Notes under the pieces: generated by a model
Told to the model about the DNA's origin: nothing
The model's input: the letters and a program-made list of their open reading frames with translations, nothing else
The model's database searches: none
In this document: positions 38,534-47,718 of the stretch, piece by piece
Layout of the letters: each line of letters starts with the position of its first letter
Numbering within the stretch: the first letter of the stretch is position 1
From: Candidatus Fraserbacteria bacterium
GTDB lineage: Bacteria > Bipolaricaulota > Bipolaricaulia > RBG-16-55-9 > DRXL01
DNA: 64,000 nucleotides
Reading direction: 5' to 3'
Assembly (NCBI GenBank): GCA_947085185.1
Contig: CAMTVK010000007.1
Span: 32,001 to 96,000, forward strand
Program-made: the position numbers and the translations under genes

Positions 38534-39277
38534 TTACTCGATCAGTTGGACAAGTTCGCGCAGGTCCGCCACGCGCGCGCACGGGTGCTCTTCAGGAGGC
38601 ACCCCCTCAGGAACCCCCAGCCCCAACCGCCCAGGGAAGAAGCGGTCCTTCAGATTGGGCCGCTCGATCCATACCGCATGCAGGCCCGCCCGCCGCGCCC
38701 CACGCACGTCCGTCTCAAAGTCATCTCCCACATGCAGCGCGTCGTGAGGCGCTACACCCGCTCGCTCCAAGAGCACCGCCCAAAAAGCCCGATCCGTCTT
38801 GCCGTGCGCGATCCCCGTAGAATCAGGACTGGCCCGCCAGCGAAAGAATTTTTTGAGCCCATGCTTCTCTAAAGAGCGCTCGATCCCCACGATCGGCCGA
38901 TGCGACACAATCCCTAACTCTATCCCGCGCCGACGCAGCATCTCTAATGCCCCACGCACATCAGGGAAAACCTCATCCACCGGGGCCTCCCAGTATCGTT
39001 GTATCTCTTGGGCGACTGGGGTGAGATCGCCGTCGAGCCCAAGCTCCCCCAAGATCAGTGCGTTCCATGCAACAAACGACTCCGTGCTGAACCCCAAGCG
39101 CGGGCGGACCTCGCGCTGCCATCGCTCTTGCGCCCGATGATACGCCCGAGCAAGCTGATCCCGATCGAGCGCCACCCCCAACTCTGTGAGCTTCTCATAG
39201 AACCAGTCGGCCTGACCGCTGCCAGGCACCCAGACGAGCGTCCCGTCCATGTCGAAAAAGATAGCCCTCACGTGCAT
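38534..39277 (-). CDS. HAD family hydrolase
   Basis: FFDMDGTL, IVS, K, HVGDD..TD. Confidence 0.88.
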   Translation of the reverse strand: MHVRAIFFDMDGTLVWVPGSGQADWFYEKLTELGVALDRDQLARAYHRAQERWQREVRPRLGFSTESFVAWNALILGELGLDGDLTPVAQEIQRYWEAPVDEVFPDVRGALEMLRRRGIELGIVSHRPIVGIERSLEKHGLKKFFRWRASPDSTGIAHGKTDRAFWAVLLERAGVAPHDALHVGDDFETDVRGARRAGLHAVWIERPNLKDRFFPGRLGLGVPEGVPPEEHPCARVADLRELVQLIE

Positions 39278-39283
39278 ACGTGC

Positions 39284-40855
39284 TCACCCTTCGATGAGTC
39301 TCTTGCGGATGCGCGCGCTCAGAAAATCAATAGCCATCACGGTGGGGATGATCACGACCAGACAGATCCCCACAATGTTCCATGCCCGGTACGATTGCGC
39401 TTCGTTGATGAGCGACCCGATCCCTCCGGCCCCTACGATGCCCAGCACCGACGCGGCCCGAACGTTGATCTCAAATCTATAGAGAAAGAGTGCCAAGAAT
39501 TCGGGAAGCACCTGGGGCAAGACCGCATAGCGAAAGACCTGCACCCGAGATGCTCCCACCGACTGAAGCGCTTCTACGGGCTCTTTGCGAATCTTTTCGA
39601 CGATCTCGGCATTAAATTTCCCCAGCATCCCGATGGAGTGAATGGCGATGGCCAAGACCCCCGGCAGCGGCCCTGGCCCAAACGTCGCAATGAAGAAGAT
39701 CGCCAGGATCAATTCGGGAAAAGCCCGAATGATATTAGGGATCTGCTTCATCCCCATCGCGATGGACTGAGGCACCCCCACATGGCGCCGCGACGCCAAA
39801 AACCCCAAGGGCAACGACAAGAGAAAACTGATCGTCGTGCCCACCAGCGCGATCTGTAAGGACTGCACCATGCGCTGCACAGCTAATTCAAAAAACTCGG
39901 TGGCCGGATCGGTCACGATCGCCCACAGAAGATTTCGAAAATATTCGATCCCGAGAACCAGCCGAGCGAAGTCCACCTCCAGTGACACAAAGGACCACAC
40001 GATCACAGCACCAGCGACACTCGAGCCAAGAAGGCGCAGCGGGCGCGGCAAGACGATCCCATGTACGAACGCATCGCGCATGCGGTTGGCTATGAGGTCA
40101 ATCACGATAACCAGCGCGAAGATCAGCAGCGCGATCGTCAAGACTTGGGGATAGTTGCGCCACTCCATAGCCGTCGTCAGCTGCATCCCCATGCCCCCCG
40201 CCCCAACATACCCCATCACTGCCGAGACGCGCACATTGAGCTCAAAGACATAGATGACATGATCGACAAACGCGGGGATGAGTTGGGGCAGCACGGCATA
40301 GCGAATGACGTGGAGCCTGCCCGCGCCCACGGCTTCGACCGCTTCGATGGGCTTGGGATTGATATTGTCCGCAGATTCGGAAGTGAGCTTGGCGATGATC
40401 GCACAGGCGAAGAACGAGAGCGCCCCAACCCCGGCCGCCGGCCCAAACCCCATAGCCGCCACAAACAAGACCGCATAGAGCAAATCAGGGATGGTGCGCA
40501 GGACGTTCATAATCGTGCGCACCGGCCAATAGATCAGAGCGCTGCGCACGACCAGTTGTGACCCAAAGACGACCAACGGCAAGGCCAGGAGCGCCCCAAA
40601 GAACGTCCCCAAGGTCGCCATCTGGAGCGTCTGCAGCAGCGGACGCACTAACTGCGGGAGCGCTGAAAAATCCGGGGGATACATGCGCCCCAGCAGCTCA
40701 AAGAACCTCCCGCCGTACTTCACTACAGAGAAGAGATCGAACTCGACGCCTTGGAGCGCCCACCCATAGAGGGCAATGAGCAGCGCTATCCCAGCCCATG
40801 CCCCCAGGCGCCTCAACCCAACCGCCCGCCTAGCCCCCTCCGTCCACTGTACCAT
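39284..40855 (-). CDS. phnE: phosphonate/phosphite ABC permease, fused double PhnE
   Basis: Two permease repeats (RTIPDL/RAFPEL; ELNVR..G.VGAGG twice); start uncertain. Confidence 0.88.
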   Translation of the reverse strand: MVQWTEGARRAVGLRRLGAWAGIALLIALYGWALQGVEFDLFSVVKYGGRFFELLGRMYPPDFSALPQLVRPLLQTLQMATLGTFFGALLALPLVVFGSQLVVRSALIYWPVRTIMNVLRTIPDLLYAVLFVAAMGFGPAAGVGALSFFACAIIAKLTSESADNINPKPIEAVEAVGAGRLHVIRYAVLPQLIPAFVDHVIYVFELNVRVSAVMGYVGAGGMGMQLTTAMEWRNYPQVLTIALLIFALVIVIDLIANRMRDAFVHGIVLPRPLRLLGSSVAGAVIVWSFVSLEVDFARLVLGIEYFRNLLWAIVTDPATEFFELAVQRMVQSLQIALVGTTISFLLSLPLGFLASRRHVGVPQSIAMGMKQIPNIIRAFPELILAIFFIATFGPGPLPGVLAIAIHSIGMLGKFNAEIVEKIRKEPVEALQSVGASRVQVFRYAVLPQVLPEFLALFLYRFEINVRAASVLGIVGAGGIGSLINEAQSYRAWNIVGICLVVIIPTVMAIDFLSARIRKRLIEG

Positions 40856-41615
40856 AGATGTCTTCTTCAAAGGTCTCGCGGTTGATCTCGGTGATGGGCT
40901 TGTCGTAGATGACCCGCCCGCCCTTGAGCCCGATGATCCGTCGGCCGTATTTGAACGTCAAGACCGGATCGTGCAAATTCACAATCGTCGTGATGCCCTC
41001 GTCTTCGTTGATCTTCTTAAAAATGCTCATGACGACGTTGGCCGTGATGGGGTCAAGTGAGGCGACGGGCTCATCAGCGAGGATGAGCTTAGGTCTTTGC
41101 AGCAGGGCGCGGGCGATCCCCACGCGCTGTTTCTGGCCGCCCGACAGCCGCGCCGCACGATCGAGATGGCGCAGTTGTGGAATCCCCACGCGCACCAGGG
41201 CGTGGTGCGCTCGCTCGATCTGATCCGCTGGGAACCTCCCCAGCAGAGCGCGCCAAAACCCCACTTGCGTGAGCGACCCCACAAGAGCGTTGGTCAACAC
41301 CGGCAGCCGCTCCACGACGTTATACTCTTGAAAGATGAAGCCGATGCGCGAGCGGATCTCGCGGAGTCTGCGAGAAGAGACACGCAGCACATCGGTGCCC
41401 TCGAAGTAGATCTCGCCCTCGACACGCGCATGATCGTTCTCCGTCAGACGATTGATCGCGCGCAAGAGCGTGGATTTCCCTGAACCTGAGACCCCAGCGA
41501 CGACCACAAACTCTCCTGGATAGATCTCTATATTGACGTTGTCGAGGGCTTGGACGGGGCGCACCCCTGGGTAGATCACGGTGAGGTTGCGTATGCGCAA
41601 GATAGGCGCAGCCAT
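40830..41615 (-). CDS. phnC: phosphonate ABC ATPase
   Basis: GVSGSGKSTLLRAINRL, LSGGQKQRVGIARAL, ADEPVASLDP, NLH. Confidence 0.9.
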   Translation of the reverse strand: MAAPILRIRNLTVIYPGVRPVQALDNVNIEIYPGEFVVVAGVSGSGKSTLLRAINRLTENDHARVEGEIYFEGTDVLRVSSRRLREIRSRIGFIFQEYNVVERLPVLTNALVGSLTQVGFWRALLGRFPADQIERAHHALVRVGIPQLRHLDRAARLSGGQKQRVGIARALLQRPKLILADEPVASLDPITANVVMSIFKKINEDEGITTIVNLHDPVLTFKYGRRIIGLKGGRVIYDKPITEINRETFEEDIYGTVDGGG

Positions 41616-41692
41616 GTCTCTATTCTAGAGAATCGTGGGAGAAGGAGCACAAAAGAGGGGATAGGGCAGACTCCCCATCCCCTCAGTCGCAT

Positions 41693-42718
41693 TTACTGAT
41701 TCTCGCACTTGGCCAGGTTCGGCTGGATCTCTTTCGCGACGACGCGCACCGCTTCGAGAGCTTTGAGCATATCATAGCCCTCGGGGACGGGGACAAAATC
41801 GGTCGCGTCGAGCGCGTCCTTGGCGTATTTCTTGCCCTCTTCGGTCTTCATGATCTCGACGAACGCCCGTTTGATCGCCTCGCGCAGCTTGGCATCAAGG
41901 GCTTTGATGGCCACGACGCCATCGTTGGGGATGTCATCGCTATAGCCGATGACACGGACCTTGGTGCTGGGCTCGGGATCACCGGGTTTCCAGCCGAGCT
42001 CTTTTTTGGTCTGCTCGGTGTTGAGGCTCTCGCGCACATCCTCGAAGCCCGCGCCGACGTCCACATCTCTCTTATAGACAGCAATTGCTGAAGCCAAGTG
42101 ATTGGCCGCGCGGATCGTCTTGAAATTCTTGTAATCCCCCGGCAGAATCCCCAAGTCTTTGAGAGTCTTACACGGGAAGAGAAATCCTGATGTCGACGTA
42201 GAGCTGCCGCCGTAGCTGAACCGCACGGGAGCTCCAGACCTCACCAGACTCACTAAATCATCCTTGGGGTCCTGGTTGTCATCCTTGAGGGCTTTGAGGG
42301 GGCTATCTACGTGCACCATGAACTGGGAGCGGAACGTGAGCTTATCGCCGCGCTTGGTGACGCCAATGGGGATCGCTCCGTAGCTATCGATCACCTGAAC
42401 GATCTGAAACGGCCCCAACAACCCAATATGAATCTTTTCTGCACCGATGGCTTCGATGGTCGCGGTGTAGGACTCGGGGATGACGGCGCGCACGCGCTTC
42501 ACTTGCGAGAACCCGTTCTTCTGGACATAGTCGAGGACAAGCTTGGCCAACCCTTCGACTGGGGGCTGCAAGATCGTGGCCGCTCGCGACGGCACCATGC
42601 CCACGACGAGCTCTTCAGGGATCAGCCCCTGCTGCGACGCCCCAGGGAAGCTCACCCCAAAGCTCCCTACCAACACCCCGACCACCACCACCCCCGCCAG
42701 ACCGACAAGACGACGCAT
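41693..42718 (-). CDS. phnD: phosphate/phosphite/phosphonate-binding protein
   Basis: Signal peptide, STSTSGFLFP, IPNDG. Confidence 0.85.
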   Translation of the reverse strand: MRRLVGLAGVVVVGVLVGSFGVSFPGASQQGLIPEELVVGMVPSRAATILQPPVEGLAKLVLDYVQKNGFSQVKRVRAVIPESYTATIEAIGAEKIHIGLLGPFQIVQVIDSYGAIPIGVTKRGDKLTFRSQFMVHVDSPLKALKDDNQDPKDDLVSLVRSGAPVRFSYGGSSTSTSGFLFPCKTLKDLGILPGDYKNFKTIRAANHLASAIAVYKRDVDVGAGFEDVRESLNTEQTKKELGWKPGDPEPSTKVRVIGYSDDIPNDGVVAIKALDAKLREAIKRAFVEIMKTEEGKKYAKDALDATDFVPVPEGYDMLKALEAVRVVAKEIQPNLAKCENQ

Positions 42719-42743
42719 ACTCCCTACCTCCTCACGAAAGGAT

Positions 42744-42820
42744 ATTTATAGTTATGCGCTTTTCTATATATCAAGCGCATTTTCACTATAATTATACCCG
42801 AGAGGGCGCGCTCCTGTCAA
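42744..42820 (-). promoter_or_regulatory. phnD promoter with CTATATA site
   Basis: TTGACA-N18-TATAAT (42820 to 42791); CTATATAT at 42764-42771 inside inverted repeat atgcgctt/aagcgcat. Confidence 0.7.
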
Positions 42821-42932
42821 ATTGGGGGGGAAACGCCAAAATATCGCATAGAATCGGCGTTATTAGCTCGTATCTCTGCCATTGTAATGCCTATCATAGT
42901 CAGCGCCCTGGGGAGCTGATATACTCTGGCCC

Positions 42933-43589
42933 ATGAGGGCATCGACCGCAAAAACGCTCGTCTGTGTGCTCACCGCAATCTGTGTGCTTGGGTGGGGCCA
43001 GGCCGCCCAGAGCCAACCCAAGCGCTTTTTAGTCGTGATTGACGCTGGGCATGGCGGTTGGGACCCCGGCGCCGTGGGCTACTACGGCACCCAAGAGAAA
43101 GAGATCAATCTCAATATCGCTCGATTCATTCGGCTCTTGGGACTCTACGACGACGAGATCTCTATCGTTCTGACGCGCTCCGAAGATATTTATATTCCCC
43201 ATCGGGAGCGCACCGGGCTGGCCAACCGTCTGCGGGCCGATCTCTTTGTGAGTATTCATGCCAACGCCCACCCCACAAGCCCTGCCGCCAACGGCATCGA
43301 AGTCTTAGTCCACGACGATACGACTCTCCCCACCTACCCCCAGAGCCGTTCTCTCGCGTTGTTGTTCCAGCAGCGCCTCACGCGCGCTCTGGGCGTCACC
43401 GACCGAGGGATCAAACACCAACGGCTCTTTATCCGGTGGGCGCAGATGCCCGCCGTACTCATCGAGACGGGCTTTCTCACCAACCCCCAAGAAGAGCTCA
43501 AACTGCGCAGTCTTCTCTATCAGTGGACCGTCGCCCAAGTGATCTTCAACACGATTAAAGAGTATCTACGCACCACGAAGGCGCGCTAA
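42933..43589 (+). CDS. N-acetylmuramoyl-L-alanine amidase (Amidase_3)
   Basis: IDAGHGG, EK, SIHANA, LIETGF. Confidence 0.92.
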   Translation: MRASTAKTLVCVLTAICVLGWGQAAQSQPKRFLVVIDAGHGGWDPGAVGYYGTQEKEINLNIARFIRLLGLYDDEISIVLTRSEDIYIPHRERTGLANRLRADLFVSIHANAHPTSPAANGIEVLVHDDTTLPTYPQSRSLALLFQQRLTRALGVTDRGIKHQRLFIRWAQMPAVLIETGFLTNPQEELKLRSLLYQWTVAQVIFNTIKEYLRTTKAR

Positions 43590-44384
43590 GACTATACGCG
43601 CTATATTTGCTGCCACAAAGATCCCTAAAGCCACCAAGACGATCGTCGGCCCGGGCTGTGTGTCCAGATAGTATGAACTGACCAGCCCCCCATAGACGGA
43701 GAGCAGGCCACATCCAATCGCTGTGAAAAACGCTTGACGGAAGCTGCGCGCAACCTGCAACGCCGCCGCCACCGGCAAGACCAACAACGCTGAGATCAAC
43801 AACAGCCCAACGATCTGAATGGCCGAGACGACCGTGAGCGCCGCCAACACGACCAATAAAATATTATAAACCCCCACGCGAATCCCCGACGCACGCGCTG
43901 TCTCTTCATCAAACGTGATAAAGAAGAGCTCACGACGCACCAAGAAGAGCATCAGCAAGACCACGGCTGCAATCACGGCGATCTGCATCACATCGTTGAC
44001 CCGAAGGGTGATCACGCTGCCGAAGAGATAGCTCCATAATTGATCCGTAGAACGCCGCGCCACCCGAGCCAAGACCAATCCCAGCGCCAACCCCGACGAG
44101 AGAAAGATCGCGATGGCGACATCGCCACCCAAGCGCCCTTTCGCCCGCAATCGCTCCATCCCCAACGCAGCTACCACCGAACACCCCAACGCCATGAGCA
44201 TGGGGTCGGCCCTCACAAGCTGCCCAAACGCCACCCCGCCAAACGCGATGTGCCCCAAGCCGTCGCCGATCAGGCCGTAGCGCCGCAAGACCAAAAAGAG
44301 CCCGATCGTCGGGGCAAGCACCCCCATGATCGTCCCACCGATAAACGCCAGCCGCATGAACTCAAACGCAAAAATATCCAACAT
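43566..44384 (-). CDS. znuB: Zn ABC permease
   Basis: GDGLGHIAFGG, YLFGS, FDEETA, VGLLLISALL. Confidence 0.9.
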   Translation of the reverse strand: MLDIFAFEFMRLAFIGGTIMGVLAPTIGLFLVLRRYGLIGDGLGHIAFGGVAFGQLVRADPMLMALGCSVVAALGMERLRAKGRLGGDVAIAIFLSSGLALGLVLARVARRSTDQLWSYLFGSVITLRVNDVMQIAVIAAVVLLMLFLVRRELFFITFDEETARASGIRVGVYNILLVVLAALTVVSAIQIVGLLLISALLVLPVAAALQVARSFRQAFFTAIGCGLLSVYGGLVSSYYLDTQPGPTIVLVALGIFVAANIARIVLARLRGA

Positions 44385-44404
44385 CGTCCTCCCGGCTCGC
44401 TTGA

Positions 44405-44492
44405 GAATCACGGAAGGCACGGAATGGCCACGGAGTACACGGAAGAAGGTTTTCAGTGACTTCCGTGGGATCTCCAGTGCCTTCCGTGATTC
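44405..44492. repeat. palindromic intergenic element with CACGGA repeats
   Basis: 16-bp inverted repeat gaatcacggaaggcac/gtgccttccgtgattc; CACGGA at 44409, 44418, 44429, 44438. Confidence 0.75.
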
Positions 44493-44496
44493 AAAC

Positions 44497-45231
44497 TCAT
44501 CCCCACGGATGCCGATGCCGCACGAGCTTGCGTCCCGTATAGACTCTCTCTAAAAGATCGCTCGCTAAGCACTCTTGCAGCGTCCCGCAAAAGAGCAGCC
44601 TTCTATTCAGACACGCGATCTTCGTCACCTCGGTGACGACCGCTTCAATGTCATGCGAGACCAAGACGATCGTCAAGCCCTGCTCCCGACTGAGCCTTCC
44701 CAAGAGCGCATAGAACTCCGCTTCGGCGTTGGGGTCCACAGAAGCTGTGGGCTCATCCAACAGCACGAGCTCTGGCTCTTGGGCCAGAACGCGAGCAAGA
44801 AAGACGCGCTGTTGCTGCCCCCCCGACAGCTCGCTGATGGGGCGAGCCCGCAGGTCTTCAAGGTGCACAGCGCGCAGGGCCCGCTCCACCGCAGCGCTGT
44901 CGGAGGCGCTCCATCGTCCCCAGCGCAAGCGCGGCACCCGCCCCATGCGCACGATCTCTTCTACTGATGCTGGGAAATTGCGCTCAAAGTCCCAGCTGCG
45001 CTGGCGCATGTAGCCGACCGAAGAGCGCTCGCACAAGACCCAAACCCTCCCACGCTGAGGCTCAAGCACCCCGGCGATGAGCTTGAGCAGCGTGGTCTTG
45101 CCTGAGCCGTTGGGCCCGATCACCCCGAGAATATCTCCCCGCTGGACGGTGAGGGAGACGTCCTCGAGCACCGGCTCTGCGCCATAGCTGAACCAGAGAT
45201 GTTCAATCGAGAGAATGGGCTTCATGAGCAC
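44497..45231 (-). CDS. znuC: Zn ABC ATPase
   Basis: [29 protein letters not shown]. Confidence 0.9.
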   Translation of the reverse strand: MLMKPILSIEHLWFSYGAEPVLEDVSLTVQRGDILGVIGPNGSGKTTLLKLIAGVLEPQRGRVWVLCERSSVGYMRQRSWDFERNFPASVEEIVRMGRVPRLRWGRWSASDSAAVERALRAVHLEDLRARPISELSGGQQQRVFLARVLAQEPELVLLDEPTASVDPNAEAEFYALLGRLSREQGLTIVLVSHDIEAVVTEVTKIACLNRRLLFCGTLQECLASDLLERVYTGRKLVRHRHPWG

Positions 45232-46121
45232 TCCAGCCCGATCCGCAGATTTTTCAGATTCTCCTCCATGAGCGTCAGATAGTTCTTCCCGGCGCGCTCT
45301 TCTTCGTCGGTCAGGCCCTCGATAGGGTCGAGAGTCAAGATCTGCGCGCCGAGCTCTCGTGCCAAGACTTCCAGCGCTTTAGGTCTTTCGAGCTTCTCGG
45401 CAAAGAGATACTTGATCCCCAGACGCCTGCCCAATTCGATCAGTTCTCTGAGTCGTTGGGGCGTGGGCTCGCCCGGCTCCAGCCCCGACAGCGCGTGAGC
45501 CGTCAGACGATAGCGCGCGGCAAAGTACTCCAAAAACCGATGCGAGATGATCAGATCACGCAGCCGGCAGTTCGCCAACCCTTGCTCGATCTTTGCGTCG
45601 AGCGCGTCCAGTTTCTCTTGATAGCTTCGGGCGTTCGCCTCATAGACAGATCGACCGGCGCCATCGGCTTGGATGAGCCCATTCTTGATGTTCGTCACCA
45701 TCCCTTTGGCTAAGATGGGATCGAGCCAGACGTGCGGATCGAACGTAAATTCTTCTTCGTCTTCGGGGGCTTTCCGCAGCGGCAGCCCCTGCGTCGCTTC
45801 AATGACGACCAACTTGTCGCGATTTCTGACGGCTCCCAGAATCTCTTGGGCCAACTTGGTGTCCATATCGGCTCCGTTGTAGACGAAGACCTGGGCGGCT
45901 TCGACGGCTCGGATGTCCGCAGGCGTGGGCTCATAATCGTGCGAGTCCGCCCCGGGCGGCACCAAGACCTTCACCGAGACTCGATCGCCCCCGACTTGCG
46001 CAGTGAACTCATAGGGGATATAGAAGCTCGCGACCACATTGACCTTCTGCTGCGCAGCGAACCCCCAGGCTGCAATCGCGGTGAGCAGCCCCATCAACAG
46101 TACAGACTTTTTGAACGACAT
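45222..46121 (-). CDS. znuA: Zn ABC substrate-binding protein
   Basis: HDYEPTP, DPHVWLDP, SH, LDPIE. Confidence 0.9.
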   Translation of the reverse strand: MSFKKSVLLMGLLTAIAAWGFAAQQKVNVVASFYIPYEFTAQVGGDRVSVKVLVPPGADSHDYEPTPADIRAVEAAQVFVYNGADMDTKLAQEILGAVRNRDKLVVIEATQGLPLRKAPEDEEEFTFDPHVWLDPILAKGMVTNIKNGLIQADGAGRSVYEANARSYQEKLDALDAKIEQGLANCRLRDLIISHRFLEYFAARYRLTAHALSGLEPGEPTPQRLRELIELGRRLGIKYLFAEKLERPKALEVLARELGAQILTLDPIEGLTDEEERAGKNYLTLMEENLKNLRIGLECS

Positions 46122-46133
46122 CTGCGTACCTCC

Positions 46134-46152
46134 TTATTGAAAATTGTTTTCA
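46134..46152. promoter_or_regulatory. Zur box upstream of znuA
   Basis: ttatTGAAAA-ttg-TTTTCA. Confidence 0.7.
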
Positions 46153-46176
46153 TTTGGTGCGATATAAAAAATGCGC

Positions 46177-46599
46177 TCATCTCTTCTTGCAATCAGGGCA
46201 TAACCCCATCACCTCCACCCGATGTTGGCTGATTTGGAAGCCGGTCTCTGCAGAGATCTCTTGCAGGGGCAACGCGCAGTCAGCCAACTCTTCTACTCGT
46301 CCGCAGTCTTGACAGATCACCTGATGATGGTGGCCTTCACCGTTGGTCGAGTCCGTGCGGGCGAAACTATGACACCCGTCGTTCAGATGAACGCGCTGCA
46401 CCAGTCCAAGCTCGTGCAGGAGCGCCAGCGTCCGGTAGACCGTGACCAGCCCGATCTTTCTATAGCGTCGCCGCGCGCGACGGTAGAGCTCCTCTGGGGT
46501 CAGGTGGGCCCGGCTCGATGCTAACGCTTCCAACACGGCGCGACGGGGCTGGGTCACCCTGTAGCCCTTCGCCTGGAGCTGAGTTATGAGATCATCCAT
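46177..46599 (-). CDS. zur: Fur-family regulator, probably Zur
   Basis: RVTQPR, TVYRTL, HHHQVICQDCG, CPDC; adjacent to znuACB; start MDDLIT. Confidence 0.85.
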   Translation of the reverse strand: MDDLITQLQAKGYRVTQPRRAVLEALASSRAHLTPEELYRRARRRYRKIGLVTVYRTLALLHELGLVQRVHLNDGCHSFARTDSTNGEGHHHQVICQDCGRVEELADCALPLQEISAETGFQISQHRVEVMGLCPDCKKR

Positions 46600-46612
46600 A
46601 AGCTCTCCCTTC

Positions 46613-46665
46613 TTATTGAAAAGTATTTTCAGTTTCATTATACCCACCCCCATCCCCCTTGTCAA
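46613..46665 (-). promoter_or_regulatory. zur promoter plus Zur box
   Basis: TTGACA-N17-TATAAT (46665 to 46637); ttatTGAAAA-gta-TTTTCA at 46613-46631. Confidence 0.75.
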
Positions 46666-46670
46666 GGCAC

Positions 46671-46700
46671 TTGACGATCTATATAGCTATATATTACAAT
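46671..46700 (+). promoter_or_regulatory. promoter of the AbrB-PhoU regulator with tandem CTATATAK in its spacer
   Basis: TTGACG-N18-TACAAT; CTATATAG-CTATATAT at 46679-46694. Confidence 0.7.
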
Positions 46701-46728
46701 GCAGCAATCACGATAGATGGGAGAAGCT

Positions 46729-47718
46729 ATGGAGACCCGAAGAGTGCAGATCACCGGCGGCGCAACGTTCATGATCACGCTGCCTAAAGAGTGGGCAGAA
46801 GCGCAAAAACTCCATGCGGGCGCGGAGATCGAGCTCCACCCCCACGACCCCGATCTCTTGATCTTACGCCCGCATCGTGACTCCAAACCCACACGGGGGG
46901 TCTTGGCCCTCGACGCCAAGACGGGCGATGCCCTCATGCGCGCGTTCATCTCGATGTACGTCGCAGGCTTCGATATCATCGAGGTGCGCGGCGAGCGCAT
47001 CACCCCAGAACAACGCCAGACCATCAGAAAAGTCACACAAGCCCTCATCGGTCCGGAGATCATGGAAGAATCCCGAGATTCGATCATCATTCACAATCTG
47101 CTCAACCTCGCTGAGCTCTCTGCCCCCAAGACGCTCGAGCGCATCTTCCTGATGGTGCACGACATGTTCGCCGACGCGGTGCGCGCCGCGGCAGAGCACG
47201 ACGCCGAGCTGGCCCACGACATCGTGGCCCGCGATGAGGACGTGGACCGGCTCTATCTCATGCTCTATAGACAGTTTCGCATCGTCCTGCGCGATCTGTT
47301 GGCTGAGGAAGCCGCGGGGGTCAGTCGCCTCAAGCTCTTTGATATCCACACCGTGGCGCGCCAGCTCGAGCGTGTGGCCGATCATGCGGTCAAGATCGCC
47401 CATGTGACGACGTCTCTGGAGGAGGCGCCTCCCCTCAAAGTCGCCGAGGCCTTGCGCAAGGGCGGCGACCAGGTCAACACACTCTTGCGAGAGTCTGTAG
47501 AGGCGTTCCGCACGGCCACCCCCACCCTCGCCAGTCAAGTCATCGACACCGCTTTAGGGATGGAAGAACGCCTGAGAAAGGCCGTCAAACTCCTGTGGAA
47601 CTTGGACCCTCACGAAGCTCAGCTCATCGGGATCGCCTTCGACAGCATCGGGCGCGTCAAAGACTATTCGATCAACATAGCCGAAACGGCCCTCAACACA
47701 TCAGTCCCCATGCCCTAG
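46729..47718 (+). CDS. archaeal-type phosphate regulator (AbrB/MazE DNA-binding domain plus PhoU repeats)
   Basis: METRRVQITGGATFMITLPKEW (AbrB-like), YVAGFDII, RDEDVDRLY, LERVADHA, RVKDYSINIAE. Confidence 0.88.
   Translation: METRRVQITGGATFMITLPKEWAEAQKLHAGAEIELHPHDPDLLILRPHRDSKPTRGVLALDAKTGDALMRAFISMYVAGFDIIEVRGERITPEQRQTIRKVTQALIGPEIMEESRDSIIIHNLLNLAELSAPKTLERIFLMVHDMFADAVRAAAEHDAELAHDIVARDEDVDRLYLMLYRQFRIVLRDLLAEEAAGVSRLKLFDIHTVARQLERVADHAVKIAHVTTSLEEAPPLKVAEALRKGGDQVNTLLRESVEAFRTATPTLASQVIDTALGMEERLRKAVKLLWNLDPHEAQLIGIAFDSIGRVKDYSINIAETALNTSVPMP

Noticed and set aside
38585..38635. Possible in-frame repeat in the HAD C-terminus (GLGVPEGVPPEE)
   Set aside because: Only weak self-complementarity; cannot be distinguished from a normal variable loop.
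38446..42820. Classical PhoB pho boxes
   Set aside because: No 11-bp-period CTGTCAT repeats; the TGTCAA matches are just -35 hexamers on the minus strand.
44405..44492. CACGGA repeats as a mini-CRISPR
   Set aside because: The units are 6 bp with 3-5 bp gaps and form a hairpin; there are no spacers and no cas genes.
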